This document shows, piece after piece, positions 54,006 through 64,000 of a stretch of 64,000 nucleotides of DNA (position 1 is the first letter of the stretch; each line of letters starts with the position of its first letter). The position numbers were made by a program, and so were the translations under genes. The notes below the pieces were generated by a model, which did no database searches, had not been told where the DNA came from, and saw only the letters and a list, made by a program, of their open reading frames with translations. This stretch comes from an uncultured virus (IMG/VR IMGVR_UViG_3300033170_000307). Lineage: Duplodnaviria; Heunggongvirae; Uroviricota; Caudoviricetes. The DNA lies in IMG/VR virus record IMGVR_UViG_3300033170_000307; one strand, 5' to 3'.

Positions 54006-57000
54006 TTACCCATGGCCTGTCTTGTCTTTGAGGTCTAGTGGTAGTTCCCACCAGTCGCGCTTCGGCTGGACATAGATGTCGGCCTCGGGCGCTTCCCTTT
54101 TCCATACCTTGTGATAGTCAGAGTCCCACAGGAACCCATCGCGGGAGTAGTACGTGCGCGGGATGCTGGGCGAAGCCGTGGACGCGATATGGTCGCCGGG
54201 GTTCGTCTGGAGCTCTTCTTCGTCTTCCCCTTGTCCTCGCTTGGACAGCGCCGCATCATAGTATTCCCTGGTGAGCAGCAAGCATGTCAAGCCACGCTTC
54301 GTAGCCATTATCTTCGGCTTGTGCGGCGGAATGAAGCTGATGTGGTCAAGCCCGTCTTCGACGGGAGGCACCAGCTTGTCCACCTCATTGTTGGCCCCTT
54401 CGGCCGGCAACGAACTGTCGGTAGACCACTGTCGGGTGTCTGCCGTGTCCCAAAGGTAGGGCTTCGCCTTGTTGTCGTTGGGGCCGGGGTTCTCATCCAC
54501 TATCTGCTTGTAGTCAACTTCGTTGGGCATGATGACGCGCTCGGCGCCCCAGATGCCAGAGCTCGGTATCTTGCTGGTGATGTAGGGGAAGCCCTCATCG
54601 CAGCCGAGCGCGAGGTTGGTATCGTAGATGCCGCCCACCAGCCAGATGCGCCCGCGCGCCGGGTCACAGGCCGCGTCTACGTACTCCATCTCGATGTAGT
54701 GGCAATCATCGGTGAACTCATGACCACAAGCAGCGCACCGGAATGTCCCTATCTGGTGGAGCCCCTCAACAACGTCAGTGCAGAACAGGGCGATGGCGCC
54801 GCACTTGGGGCACCTCACGTCGTCATCCTGGTTGGTGAAGTAGGTCCTCAGCGCCAGCTTGACGGCGGTCTGCCCGATGGGTGTTCCCATGAGTTTGTCG
54901 TAGAGGAAGACCAGAATCTGTCTGCGCGACAGGTTGAGGTAGCCGGCCATCGCGTTGTACACGTAGTCGGTGATGGCGTTGGCGTAGTCTTCCCACTCCT
55001 TGGGAGTGCCGGGGTTCTTGTCATTGTAGGGCTTGGGCGGCGCGTGCTTTGCGATGTACGCGTTGTAGAAGCCGGTGATGCGGCTGTCTGCCTGCCTAAA
55101 CTCCTTGTTGGTCAACTGCGGGCCACAGCGCGCCACCAGGAGCCCCAAGTCTTCCGTGTTGTTGGTCAGCTCGTCGGCGATGGTGTCCTGGTATCTCAAC
55201 ATCGCTTCCACGGCTGCCGTCTCTGCCTGCCCGGACTCGGCCACTTCTGTCTCTGCTGGATTTGTGTACGTGTTGAGCATGGAGCCCAGCTTCGATGCCG
55301 GTATACGCATGTGTCTGACCGGCGTGCGAGCCGGGTATGCGGCGACGTAGCACTGCACTGCGGGGCTGGAGCCCCCCGGCGCTGTCCTCATCTCTGCCCC
55401 GTAGACCTTGACTTGAGCCTCGTCGCCGGGAGAGATGTTCACCTCGAACTCACAGAAGCCGCCGCCATGCAGAGGGGGAACGCGGCCCGGCTCCGACATC
55501 GAATTGAAAAACACGTGAACGTCTTTGTTGTCGTATGTTGCTGTTGGGTTGTAACCCTGCGCGAGTGGCTCAGAGTTGTACTTGGGCCCCTCAAAGACTC
55601 CGGTGTTCAGAACGGCCGTGGCCCCGTCGCCGGCATCACCTGGGCGTGGGTTGAAAAGTCCGAACGGCAACACCCGCAGGAAGATGTGGGACACGGGGGC
55701 CTGGGTGTCTGAGAGGTTCACTGTTGCGGCGTTCGATGCGGTGACCGGGTTCATGACTCCGGTCTCCGGGTCGTAGTCGCAGATGAGCTCCTTGTCCCCA
55801 ATGAGCAGCACGACCTGTGTCTTGCCGATGGGCAGGGGGTACACGTGTCGCCAGTCCTGCGGCCGGTCCATCTCAGCATCAGCTAGGCGCTCTACGCCGT
55901 CTTCCGCGCGCTGGACCAACTCGGTGCCACGGTTGACTTTGCCGTCGCCGTCGTTACTCTTGAAGTGCTCGAACGACTCGCTTGGGATGAACGCCTTGCC
56001 CCCACCGTTGATGGAGCGAATGACCCCGCGTGGCGCGAACAACCTGTGCTTGTCTACCAATTGGACATAGGGGATGTAGTGTCCGTTGTCGAGGTGTTGG
56101 TCCCAGACCAAGGCAACGTAGCGCTCGGTCTCGTCCGTTGACGCCTGGACATTGCGCACCCCATAGTCAGCCGGCCGATGTACCCGGTTGGGGTTGGCCG
56201 CCCATCCCTCACTGACCTTTTCTTCGGTAGTCTTGCGGCCTTTGCTGTCTTCGCCCGTGACGGCTCTGTACTTCTCGATGACATACTGCTGCTCGACCCC
56301 GGCCACCTGCATCACCAAGCTGGGAGACTGCATCCAGCGCTTGCTGTGAGGCCACATCACGACGATTTCTCCGCGCTGGTCGAAGTAGCCGCTAATGGAT
56401 GGAACGCAGCCGAAGCGGCTCTCAATGCGACGCTCCTTGGCGAACATCAACTGCCCATTGGGGAGCACCACATTGCGCTCGGCTTCATTATTGGCGAGAG
56501 TGACGGTGTAGAGACGCTTTTCCGTATCGTACTGCGTGCGGACGTAGCGCGTAGGCTTGTCGCCGGAGCCGCCAGCGCCGTACTTGGGCTCCACTAGATT
56601 GCCGTAGATAAGGTTGAGGTTGTTGATGGCGCCATTGATGGCGCTGAGGCCGCCGATGAGCAGGCCACCGACACCGCCAACAGCTCCCCAGAGCATGGCC
56701 TTGGTAAACGCCTCGCGTAGCTCCTTCTCACCCATCAAGAGCCGGTCAATGTGGTGCTTGGCCTTGCCAGTTCCAACAGTCGAGCTATTGGAGCCAATGT
56801 AGAAGTGGTTTGCCTCGACCAGCACTTCCCATACGGTATCGAGCATGCGGTTAGGAACCCATATCCAGGTAGCCGAACCTTCGCCTTCGCCCGCGACATA
56901 CTTCTTCTTCCTGTCTTTCAAACCCATGTTGAAAACCCTCATGTTGAGGGGTTCGTCAATGGGAAGAGATTCATTGAAGATTGGGTCTGGCTTGGTCTTC

Positions 57001-58325
57001 CACTTGTATATGACTTCGGGAGGCAAACTCCACTCCCCCACCGGGTAGCTCTTTCTCAGAACGTGCTTGGCGTCCATCCACTGGCGCGGGGCCAGGAAGT
57101 CAGACTCCAGCATTTCCGGGGTGGGCCGGTCATTGGAGAAGTAGGGGTCGAACATCCGCATGTTGGGCTGGGCCAAGCCACGGGTGCTAATCTCCCCCAG
57201 CATGAGACCGCGAGGGTCATAGTTCCTGCCCCAGGTCTCGTAGAGCGTCTCGCCGTTGCTCCACTTCCACCCTGCGGTGATTTCTTGCACAGCTTCCCCG
57301 ACTTCACCGGGGTCCGTGATGCGCCGGATGGGCTTGAGCCTCTCAACGCCATTGACGGAGTTCACGGAAACAGGGTTAGCCGTTACGATGGTCCCATGGA
57401 GCGGCGTGTGCCCGTAGTAGAACTCGTAAGAGCGCCCCGACGCGGTGGCCGGCGAGCTGTATGTGGTGTTCGCGCAGGCCCCAGGGATGTCCTCCCCATC
57501 TTCGTTCTGGCCATTGACCATGATGAGTTTGATGAGGCGGTTGGCGCTGTTGTCCCCGCCGAAACCCTTGTCCTTGCGGCCCTCGGCAAGGGCCTGCTTG
57601 CGGCAGGCTTCGCACATGTAGAGGTAGCCATAGGGGCTCGGGGGTACGTCGTCGGACCACTCAGAGATGTACAGGATGGGCTTGTGCCCCTCTGGGGCCC
57701 GCCCCCCGAACATCAGCTCGGGAGCGTCACAGAACCAGCGCTCTTCCCCCCAATATAGGCCGGCGTAGTAGTCTATCATCCGCACGAAACTAACCCCGCC
57801 TTCGGGGTGAGGTGTGGCGATAATCCAGAACCTGGCCGGGTCCCACCCCCAGCCGCCACCGCCGTCCTCCCACTTGGGGCACAGCACGGTGTCGAGCGTG
57901 AAGAGCGAGAAGGGCATGGCGGCAGCCCAGGCACGGCAACCAACAGCAGTGTCAATGTAGGTGCCGTGGGCGCCAGCTCTCGTGGGCAACGGGTAGTTGC
58001 CGAGAACCAGCCGGTCAGCCACCCGGTCGGCGCGGCCGGTGTTGCTGTTCCCGTTGTCTGCCCCGGTGTGGGCTGAGATGGTGCTGTCGGTGTACTCGCC
58101 GAACAAAGACAGCGCTCCGCGTTCGATGCCGTAGGTGGGCTGCTTGATGGACACTCCGTCAACCACCGGCGTAAGCGCCTGGGTCATGTCGGGCCACATC
58201 ACCACTCTGACGCGCAGTTTGTTCTTCCCATGCCAGTAGTAGTCAGGCAGAGCGAGGCTGGTGAAGCCCTCGCTCTGCTTGACGATAGTGCCGGGAACTG
58301 GCGTGTACCCTGTCCATCTCTTCAT
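54006..58325 (-). CDS. Large hypothetical protein (virion module)
   Basis: 1439-aa ORF downstream of the tape measure; CPKC/CAAC zinc-ribbon motifs. Confidence 0.65.
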   Translation of the reverse strand: MKRWTGYTPVPGTIVKQSEGFTSLALPDYYWHGKNKLRVRVVMWPDMTQALTPVVDGVSIKQPTYGIERGALSLFGEYTDSTISAHTGADNGNSNTGRADRVADRLVLGNYPLPTRAGAHGTYIDTAVGCRAWAAAMPFSLFTLDTVLCPKWEDGGGGWGWDPARFWIIATPHPEGGVSFVRMIDYYAGLYWGEERWFCDAPELMFGGRAPEGHKPILYISEWSDDVPPSPYGYLYMCEACRKQALAEGRKDKGFGGDNSANRLIKLIMVNGQNEDGEDIPGACANTTYSSPATASGRSYEFYYGHTPLHGTIVTANPVSVNSVNGVERLKPIRRITDPGEVGEAVQEITAGWKWSNGETLYETWGRNYDPRGLMLGEISTRGLAQPNMRMFDPYFSNDRPTPEMLESDFLAPRQWMDAKHVLRKSYPVGEWSLPPEVIYKWKTKPDPIFNESLPIDEPLNMRVFNMGLKDRKKKYVAGEGEGSATWIWVPNRMLDTVWEVLVEANHFYIGSNSSTVGTGKAKHHIDRLLMGEKELREAFTKAMLWGAVGGVGGLLIGGLSAINGAINNLNLIYGNLVEPKYGAGGSGDKPTRYVRTQYDTEKRLYTVTLANNEAERNVVLPNGQLMFAKERRIESRFGCVPSISGYFDQRGEIVVMWPHSKRWMQSPSLVMQVAGVEQQYVIEKYRAVTGEDSKGRKTTEEKVSEGWAANPNRVHRPADYGVRNVQASTDETERYVALVWDQHLDNGHYIPYVQLVDKHRLFAPRGVIRSINGGGKAFIPSESFEHFKSNDGDGKVNRGTELVQRAEDGVERLADAEMDRPQDWRHVYPLPIGKTQVVLLIGDKELICDYDPETGVMNPVTASNAATVNLSDTQAPVSHIFLRVLPFGLFNPRPGDAGDGATAVLNTGVFEGPKYNSEPLAQGYNPTATYDNKDVHVFFNSMSEPGRVPPLHGGGFCEFEVNISPGDEAQVKVYGAEMRTAPGGSSPAVQCYVAAYPARTPVRHMRIPASKLGSMLNTYTNPAETEVAESGQAETAAVEAMLRYQDTIADELTNNTEDLGLLVARCGPQLTNKEFRQADSRITGFYNAYIAKHAPPKPYNDKNPGTPKEWEDYANAITDYVYNAMAGYLNLSRRQILVFLYDKLMGTPIGQTAVKLALRTYFTNQDDDVRCPKCGAIALFCTDVVEGLHQIGTFRCAACGHEFTDDCHYIEMEYVDAACDPARGRIWLVGGIYDTNLALGCDEGFPYITSKIPSSGIWGAERVIMPNEVDYKQIVDENPGPNDNKAKPYLWDTADTRQWSTDSSLPAEGANNEVDKLVPPVEDGLDHISFIPPHKPKIMATKRGLTCLLLTREYYDAALSKRGQGEDEEELQTNPGDHIASTASPSIPRTYYSRDGFLWDSDYHKVWKREAPEADIYVQPKRDWWELPLDLKDKTGHG

Positions 58326-58340
58326 TCGTCCCTGCCCTGC

Positions 58341-61300
58341 CTAGTGGATGCGCCTTATCACTTCCGCTCCAAGCTCAGCCTTTGCGGCGATACTGGCTGC
58401 TATGGAGCCGCCCTGAATCTGCGACGGCGGGATGTGCCGCCCGCTACCAGACATCGCAGCTTGCGCCGCTGCGCGGCCGTGGCTGGCGGCGGCCTCAACG
58501 CCATCATTCAGGCGCGCGACGTGGCCACCGAACATCTGGGCGTTCTCTACCTGCCGCTGAGCCGCCTCAGTCTGCTGTGTCGCGGCTTGCGTCTGCACCT
58601 GAGTTGCCTCGGAGAGAGCTTGGGCCAAGGTGTCTATCTTGGCGGTGAGCTTGGCCACGGTGTTGCTCTGCCCCATTTCCGCATGCGGTGTGGAGCGGCC
58701 CCACACATCAGACATCGTGTACTGCCCACTGAACCCGCCCCACATGTCAGCGGTGCCTGGGCTCCACTGGCGCATGTAGTCCATGTTGACCGCGTACTGC
58801 TCGCGGCCACCACGTGCTGCGCCGGGGCCCATAACGACAGGCGACATGTCCATGCCCTGGCCCATCAGGTAGCTGTACTGCTCGGGCTTGAGTGCGTAGT
58901 TCAGGAACTCAGAGCTGGCGCCATAGGCGGCCGTCAGCATCTGCTCCTCGACTTCTCCCCGACGCGGCGGCTGCCAGTTGGCGGTCTGCGCCAACTTCGC
59001 CAGGCCGGTGACGACAGAGCGAGACTCTGTGGACAGACCTCCTAGGAGGTTGTTGTAGGTCTTCGTGTCGCCCGACTGCAGCGCCTGCAGAGCGCTCCAG
59101 GCGCCCTGGGCATTGGCTCGGTCCTGCGGCGTGCGCCCACGGATGGTCTGCTGGTAGATGTCAGCAGCGCCGGAGCGGAACTGCTGCTCGGCAGCCTGGG
59201 CGGCTTCGCGCTGCATCTCAAACGGCGAGCGGACCCGGCCCGGAGCCAGGCCATTCAGCAGCATGTTGGCGGCCGCGTCGGCCTGGACACGACCCACTTC
59301 CTGGCGCCCGGTAGGCCCGACACCACCAACGAGCTTGGCGGCGCTTTCCGCCACCTTCTGGTGGGTGCCGAGGATTTCTGAGCGGTCCTTGAAGATGGCG
59401 ACCTGCTCCGCCGCCAGCTTCATGTTGCGGGCCCACGTATTGGCTGAGCCGCGCAGTTCGGCTGGGATTTCCTGCAGGACCTTCTCCCATTCACCCGTGC
59501 CGAACTTGTCGAGGTTGGCGGCGGCCTTCATCATGGAGGTGCCCAGCGCGCGCACGCGCGGGTCCTGTGAAGAGCTCCAGTCGCCGAACTGCTGCACAGC
59601 GGCGTCCATCTTCGAGCGCCATGCGCCTTCGGCGGCCTGGGCCTGCTCCTGCGCTACAACACCACCACCACGGCCAAACGAGCCGCCGTAACCAAGACGG
59701 TTGATGATGCCCTCGGTAACACCCATGCGCGCGATTGAGCCAACGCCAGTCAGCGGGTTATCCGACATGCCCCACGCAGTCCCAAGCGGCCCCAGACCGG
59801 AGAACTCGGTGGGGAGCAGCCCGCGCATGCGGCCCTTGTAGACCTGACCAAGCATGTTGGGCGATTCGCGCCGGAACTCGGTGAGAGACGCGGCCAGATT
59901 CTTCTGGATTTCCTGGCCCATCTGGCGCTGCTGCGCCAGCAGGGTATTGGCGAAGTCGCGGCTAATCTGGCGCACTCCGGTGGTGCGCTGGACCTGCGGC
60001 AGGTAAGAAAGCGGAGCGCTATCGGCCTGCTCTACCGGGGCGCTTGAGCCGCTCGGCTTCTGGTACGTGAAGCGACCATGGTGGGTGCTCTGGTCGGTAG
60101 CAAACCTGAGGGCCCGGCCTCCGGCCGTTCCGAGACCGTATCCAGCTACCGCCAGCGCACCCCCAGGGCCAGCCAGCAGGCCGCCCGCAATAGTGCCGCC
60201 TACCCCGATACCTATGCCTATATTGCGGCCCCAGCGGCCAGCGCGCTTGTGGTCCATGCCGGCGTACTTCTCAAGCCAGCCCGCAACTGTGCGCCCACCG
60301 TAGGCAGCCCCGAAACCTTCTAGCGCCTGTGCCCCGGTAGTCGTCGCCCCACGGTCGTAAGCCTCATGAATGGCACCAGTATCGGCATAGCCAACGATTC
60401 CGCCCGTAACGACCGACCCGACAGGGCCAGCCCACCGGCCAAGGGCAGGGGCTGCTTTGGTCGCCCATGGGGCGACTCGGCCTACGACGCCAGAGACACC
60501 CGGAACCCTAGACGCGACTCCGGCAATGCCGCGTCCAATAGGGGCGAGAGCCCGCCCAGCAGCCGGGGCAACGCGACGAACCAAAGCGGTCATCCCCAGC
60601 ATGGCTGCCGGCGCACCAGCCGTGACGGCGGTCATCTCCAGCCCGCTCATGTTGGCAACGCCACGCTCATCCATGTAGCGACCGGAAGCATAAAGGCCAG
60701 TTGTGATTGGTTCAACGGCGCCCAACAATCTAGACGCTACGCCGATTCTAGCCGCTGGCGCGCGCGGGATGCGAGGAGCTCGCGGTGTGGTTGCGGGCCG
60801 TACTGCGTCGTCGGCCGAAGCACCAACTCTCCGTTGCGGTGTCGGCCCGTCGCCAGGCCTGGGCGACGGCGTGGCTTCCACATTGTCAGCCAAGTCTGGG
60901 ACGACTCCGGTAGACGTACCCGCAGGGCGCCCGTACCCACCACGCGCGGCGGCTTGATTCTGTTCGTGCCACATCATGCCAATGCGGCGCTCAGAAGAAG
61001 TAGCCGGGGCGCGCCCGGTCCTCTCGAAGAACGCCTGGCTTCCAGAATCGTAGAGCCCTCGCGCCTCTTCGCGACTCATGCCCTGCAAGCGGCCGGGCAG
61101 CCTCTGGAGGTAGCCAATCTCGTTGTCCAGCAGCGGACGACCAGCGAGACCCCTGTAGCCAGTTCCGTACTGGCGGGCTGTCTGGTAGTAGGCTCGGCTG
61201 CCCACCGGAGGCAGAGTGGGTGCTGCCGGCTCTGGGGTAAGCGTGAACTGACTGCGATAGCGTCTCCGCTGCTCGGCGACCATGGCGCCAAACTCACTGC

Positions 61301-64000
61301 CGCCCATGCCTCTAGCACTTGCGGGCATGGTGGACGGCGGCATCATGGATGCCGGGCGGCGCGGGCGGCGCAGGACTGGGGCCGGGGCTTCGGGAGCGAT
61401 GGCCGGCCGCGCGATGGCGGGCTCGGTGCTTCCGATTCCTACGGGCTCTTGCAGCGCTGCGGGCAGGCCGCCGCGACGCATCCACGCGCCGCGCAGCGAG
61501 TCGTACCCACGCCGAACTCCGGTCGCTAGCGGGCGGAACCCGCCTTCGGTCTCATGGAACCAGTTGAGAGCTCTGTCGCCCCACTGCCCAGGCCGGCGCA
61601 TCATGTTGTTGAAGCCGCGACCCAAGCGCGGGAACAGGTCCCCAGCCTCGTTGCCCATGATGAACTCAGGGAAGCGGTAGGCGGCGTTGGAAATGCCTCG
61701 CCCAAGACGCCGCGCACCAGACGCCAGCGGGCGGAACCCGCCTTCGTTCTCGACAAACCAGTTGAGCGCGCTGTTGCCCCACTGCCCAGGCCGGCGCATC
61801 ATGTTGTTGAAGCCGCGACCCAAGCGCGGGAACAGGTCCCCAGCCTCGTTGCCCATGATGAACTGTGAGGTGCGGTCAAGCGCGTTACCGGCAAAGCGGC
61901 TGATGCCACCGCCGAGACGCCGTGCCGCAGCCCAGGCCGGGTCGAAGCCGCCGCTGGTGTTGGTGAACCAGTCTAGAGCCTGGTCCCCCCAAGCCATGGG
62001 CCGCTCCGTCAAGCGGTTGAAGCCCCGCCCCATGCTCGGGAACAAGTCCCCAGCCTCGTTACCCATGATGAATTGAGACAGGCGGTCGAGGCGACCGGAA
62101 GCACCGGCACGCAGACGACCGATGCCGGCCATTGCTGGCCTGAAGCCGCCCTCAGTCTCGAACATCCAGTCGGCGGCGCGCTGGCCCCACGCCATAGGTC
62201 GTGAGGTCAGACGGTTGAAGCCCCGACCCAAGCGCGGGAACAGGTCCCCAGCCTCGTTCCCCATGATGAACTGCGATGTGCGGTCCATGCCGGCCCCGAT
62301 ACCGCCTACCATGCGGTTGAAGCCGCGCCCCAGGGCCGCAGATGAGCGCTCGTAAGCCGACATGAACGCCTCTTCGCCACGACCAATGGTTCCCAGGAAG
62401 CTATCCCAGGCGGGGCCTACACGGCGAAGCGTGGTTGCAGGCCAACTGTGATAGCGGCCAGCAGCCTGTGCCTGCTCCGCCAAGCGAGAGAAGCGCGTTG
62501 CGTTTGACGCGGCGGGCAAGCCAGCATCGGCGAGCCGCTGCCTGATTACATCAGTGTACTGCGGGCCGAACGCCCCGCCCTTCCGCAGGAGCCAGTTCAG
62601 GTCGGCCAAAGCACGTGAGCTGCTACCGGCTGTGGGGTCGAAACCATCTCGGAGCAGACCCGGTTCGGTGTTCAGTTGCTCAGCAATGCGGAGGAGCAAG
62701 TCCGGGGAGCGGCGAAGAGCCGCGCTACCGAACGGAATCTCACCCGCAGCAGAGCCGTAGCGCTGGCCTCGCTGAATGAAGCGTCGCGCGGTCTCTTCAT
62801 CTGGAGAAACGTAGCCGCCTTCGGCGTACCCACGGATACCGCTCAGCAGGCCAAGCAGGGCGCCGGTGCCGCCCTTGGTGCGCCCCTGCTCCAGTGCCGG
62901 GCCCAATACGGCAGCCATGCCAGCAGGCAGCACATACTCGCCCTTGTTGAGCCAGGCGAGGAAGCTGTCCTTGCTCTTGTGAGGAGACTGAGCTACGATG
63001 CGGTCAGAGAACCCGCCTTCGGCCAGCCCCGCCCCAAAGATACGCCCCTTGCTCGTGTCAGCACCCTCGGTGCTTCCACCGGGGGCCCCAACCGCACCAG
63101 CGAAGATGCCCACAGCGCGGTAGAACGTCATCGCGGCTTCGTTCAGCACATTCTCGGGCGCGCCGCTGTAAGCTCCGCTTCCCGCCAAGTCTGAGGATGC
63201 GTAGAGCTGGTTCTCCAGCAGCGAGTACGCAGAAGGACCGCCCTGAGCGAAGCTGGGCAGCCTGATGCCCATGGGCATCTCGCCCCCAAAGGCTCGGGCG
63301 TTTGCGGCCATCCCGCCAACGTAGGCGCCGGCAATCTGAGAGATGGCCCGCGACGATGCCTCTTCGTACTTGCGGTCAAGCGCCAAGGCGGCTTCGTGCT
63401 GAGAGCCCCCGAGTCCGATGGACGCTGACATGGAAGACGCCATGGCGTCTGCGGCCATGGTCTTCTGCACCTCGTACATCGCCCACGCGGCGTCTCGGCT
63501 CGCCTTGACGGCCTGCCCCACTTCGCTCCACACGTTGTAGAGCTCAAGCGATGAGTCCTGGAGGCTCTTGATGTTCTCGACGGCTTCACGCAGGGCCTCG
63601 GCCGTCTGGCGGGTGACATCCAACGCCCGGCGCGCACTATCCAGATAACCATTGAGAGCTTGGTCTGCCTCGGAGATTTCCAGCGATACGTAGTCTGCGG
63701 CGCCGGCCTGATTTTGCTTGGCGGCGCGTGCGTCCTCGCGAGCATCGCGGATAATCTCTTCATCACTGCGGGTGTCGCCCTTGCGGCGCCGTTTCATGAT
63801 GCTAGACTGCAGGTTGCGCCGGGCGAGGGCCGCCTGGCCCATGGATTCATTGTACTGCTGCTGGGCCTCGTACATCTGGTTCATGGCGCCAGCCATGGGG
63901 CCGGTGAGCCGACTCGCGGCGGTGGAGCCGTAGGCGCCCACACCAACGGCTACGCCACTGGTTGTGAACTGCTTGTTGATGGACGACATGACCCGCATGA
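58341..64000 (-). CDS. Tape-measure-like protein, 5' end outside the window
   Basis: >1885 aa, Ala/Gly/Arg-rich; FAQGG/LAEGG/YAEGG and AWLNKGEYVLPA motifs; Gly-rich hydrophobic stretches. Confidence 0.7.
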   Translation of the reverse strand, partial: MRVMSSINKQFTTSGVAVGVGAYGSTAASRLTGPMAGAMNQMYEAQQQYNESMGQAALARRNLQSSIMKRRRKGDTRSDEEIIRDAREDARAAKQNQAGAADYVSLEISEADQALNGYLDSARRALDVTRQTAEALREAVENIKSLQDSSLELYNVWSEVGQAVKASRDAAWAMYEVQKTMAADAMASSMSASIGLGGSQHEAALALDRKYEEASSRAISQIAGAYVGGMAANARAFGGEMPMGIRLPSFAQGGPSAYSLLENQLYASSDLAGSGAYSGAPENVLNEAAMTFYRAVGIFAGAVGAPGGSTEGADTSKGRIFGAGLAEGGFSDRIVAQSPHKSKDSFLAWLNKGEYVLPAGMAAVLGPALEQGRTKGGTGALLGLLSGIRGYAEGGYVSPDEETARRFIQRGQRYGSAAGEIPFGSAALRRSPDLLLRIAEQLNTEPGLLRDGFDPTAGSSSRALADLNWLLRKGGAFGPQYTDVIRQRLADAGLPAASNATRFSRLAEQAQAAGRYHSWPATTLRRVGPAWDSFLGTIGRGEEAFMSAYERSSAALGRGFNRMVGGIGAGMDRTSQFIMGNEAGDLFPRLGRGFNRLTSRPMAWGQRAADWMFETEGGFRPAMAGIGRLRAGASGRLDRLSQFIMGNEAGDLFPSMGRGFNRLTERPMAWGDQALDWFTNTSGGFDPAWAAARRLGGGISRFAGNALDRTSQFIMGNEAGDLFPRLGRGFNNMMRRPGQWGNSALNWFVENEGGFRPLASGARRLGRGISNAAYRFPEFIMGNEAGDLFPRLGRGFNNMMRRPGQWGDRALNWFHETEGGFRPLATGVRRGYDSLRGAWMRRGGLPAALQEPVGIGSTEPAIARPAIAPEAPAPVLRRPRRPASMMPPSTMPASARGMGGSEFGAMVAEQRRRYRSQFTLTPEPAAPTLPPVGSRAYYQTARQYGTGYRGLAGRPLLDNEIGYLQRLPGRLQGMSREEARGLYDSGSQAFFERTGRAPATSSERRIGMMWHEQNQAAARGGYGRPAGTSTGVVPDLADNVEATPSPRPGDGPTPQRRVGASADDAVRPATTPRAPRIPRAPAARIGVASRLLGAVEPITTGLYASGRYMDERGVANMSGLEMTAVTAGAPAAMLGMTALVRRVAPAAGRALAPIGRGIAGVASRVPGVSGVVGRVAPWATKAAPALGRWAGPVGSVVTGGIVGYADTGAIHEAYDRGATTTGAQALEGFGAAYGGRTVAGWLEKYAGMDHKRAGRWGRNIGIGIGVGGTIAGGLLAGPGGALAVAGYGLGTAGGRALRFATDQSTHHGRFTYQKPSGSSAPVEQADSAPLSYLPQVQRTTGVRQISRDFANTLLAQQRQMGQEIQKNLAASLTEFRRESPNMLGQVYKGRMRGLLPTEFSGLGPLGTAWGMSDNPLTGVGSIARMGVTEGIINRLGYGGSFGRGGGVVAQEQAQAAEGAWRSKMDAAVQQFGDWSSSQDPRVRALGTSMMKAAANLDKFGTGEWEKVLQEIPAELRGSANTWARNMKLAAEQVAIFKDRSEILGTHQKVAESAAKLVGGVGPTGRQEVGRVQADAAANMLLNGLAPGRVRSPFEMQREAAQAAEQQFRSGAADIYQQTIRGRTPQDRANAQGAWSALQALQSGDTKTYNNLLGGLSTESRSVVTGLAKLAQTANWQPPRRGEVEEQMLTAAYGASSEFLNYALKPEQYSYLMGQGMDMSPVVMGPGAARGGREQYAVNMDYMRQWSPGTADMWGGFSGQYTMSDVWGRSTPHAEMGQSNTVAKLTAKIDTLAQALSEATQVQTQAATQQTEAAQRQVENAQMFGGHVARLNDGVEAAASHGRAAAQAAMSGSGRHIPPSQIQGGSIAASIAAKAELGAEVIRRIH
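61560..62330 (-). repeat. Four ~66-70 aa internal repeats (FIMGNEAGDLFP.LGRGFN...W...W...GGF.P)
   Basis: CCCAGCCTCGTT.CCCATGATGAA recurs near 61641, 61840, 62049 and 62246. Confidence 0.9.

Overview
This 64 kb GC-rich window looks like part of a large tailed-phage (or prophage) genome, with almost all genes on the minus strand. Left arm: replication and modification genes (DnaE polymerase, glycosyltransferases, PD-(D/E)XK nuclease, sigma-like factor, SSB-like protein, primase, DnaB-like helicase). Centre: a non-coding region (~20.4-22.0 kb) where transcription diverges. It holds eight copies of a 25-bp palindrome and a near-consensus sigma70 promoter that drives five tandem structured RNA units directly upstream of a Ro60/TROVE gene. 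The units share a conserved closing stem and internal loop but carry different interiors, one being a circularly permuted tRNA mimic. This Ro60 plus multi-Y-RNA cassette is the most striking system here, and a second short, divergent TROVE-like ORF lies at ~10.1-10.8 kb. Right arm: PhoH, an intein-interrupted subtilisin, very large virion-type proteins, a GDP-heptose-type sugar cluster and a tape-measure-like protein. Four tnpB genes and two tnpB 3'-end remnants, none with tnpA, are scattered through the window. A 14-nt motif (RCRYGGAATACTTC) precedes all four tnpB genes and two phage genes. All calls come from reading the sequence and ORF track; no database searches were run.
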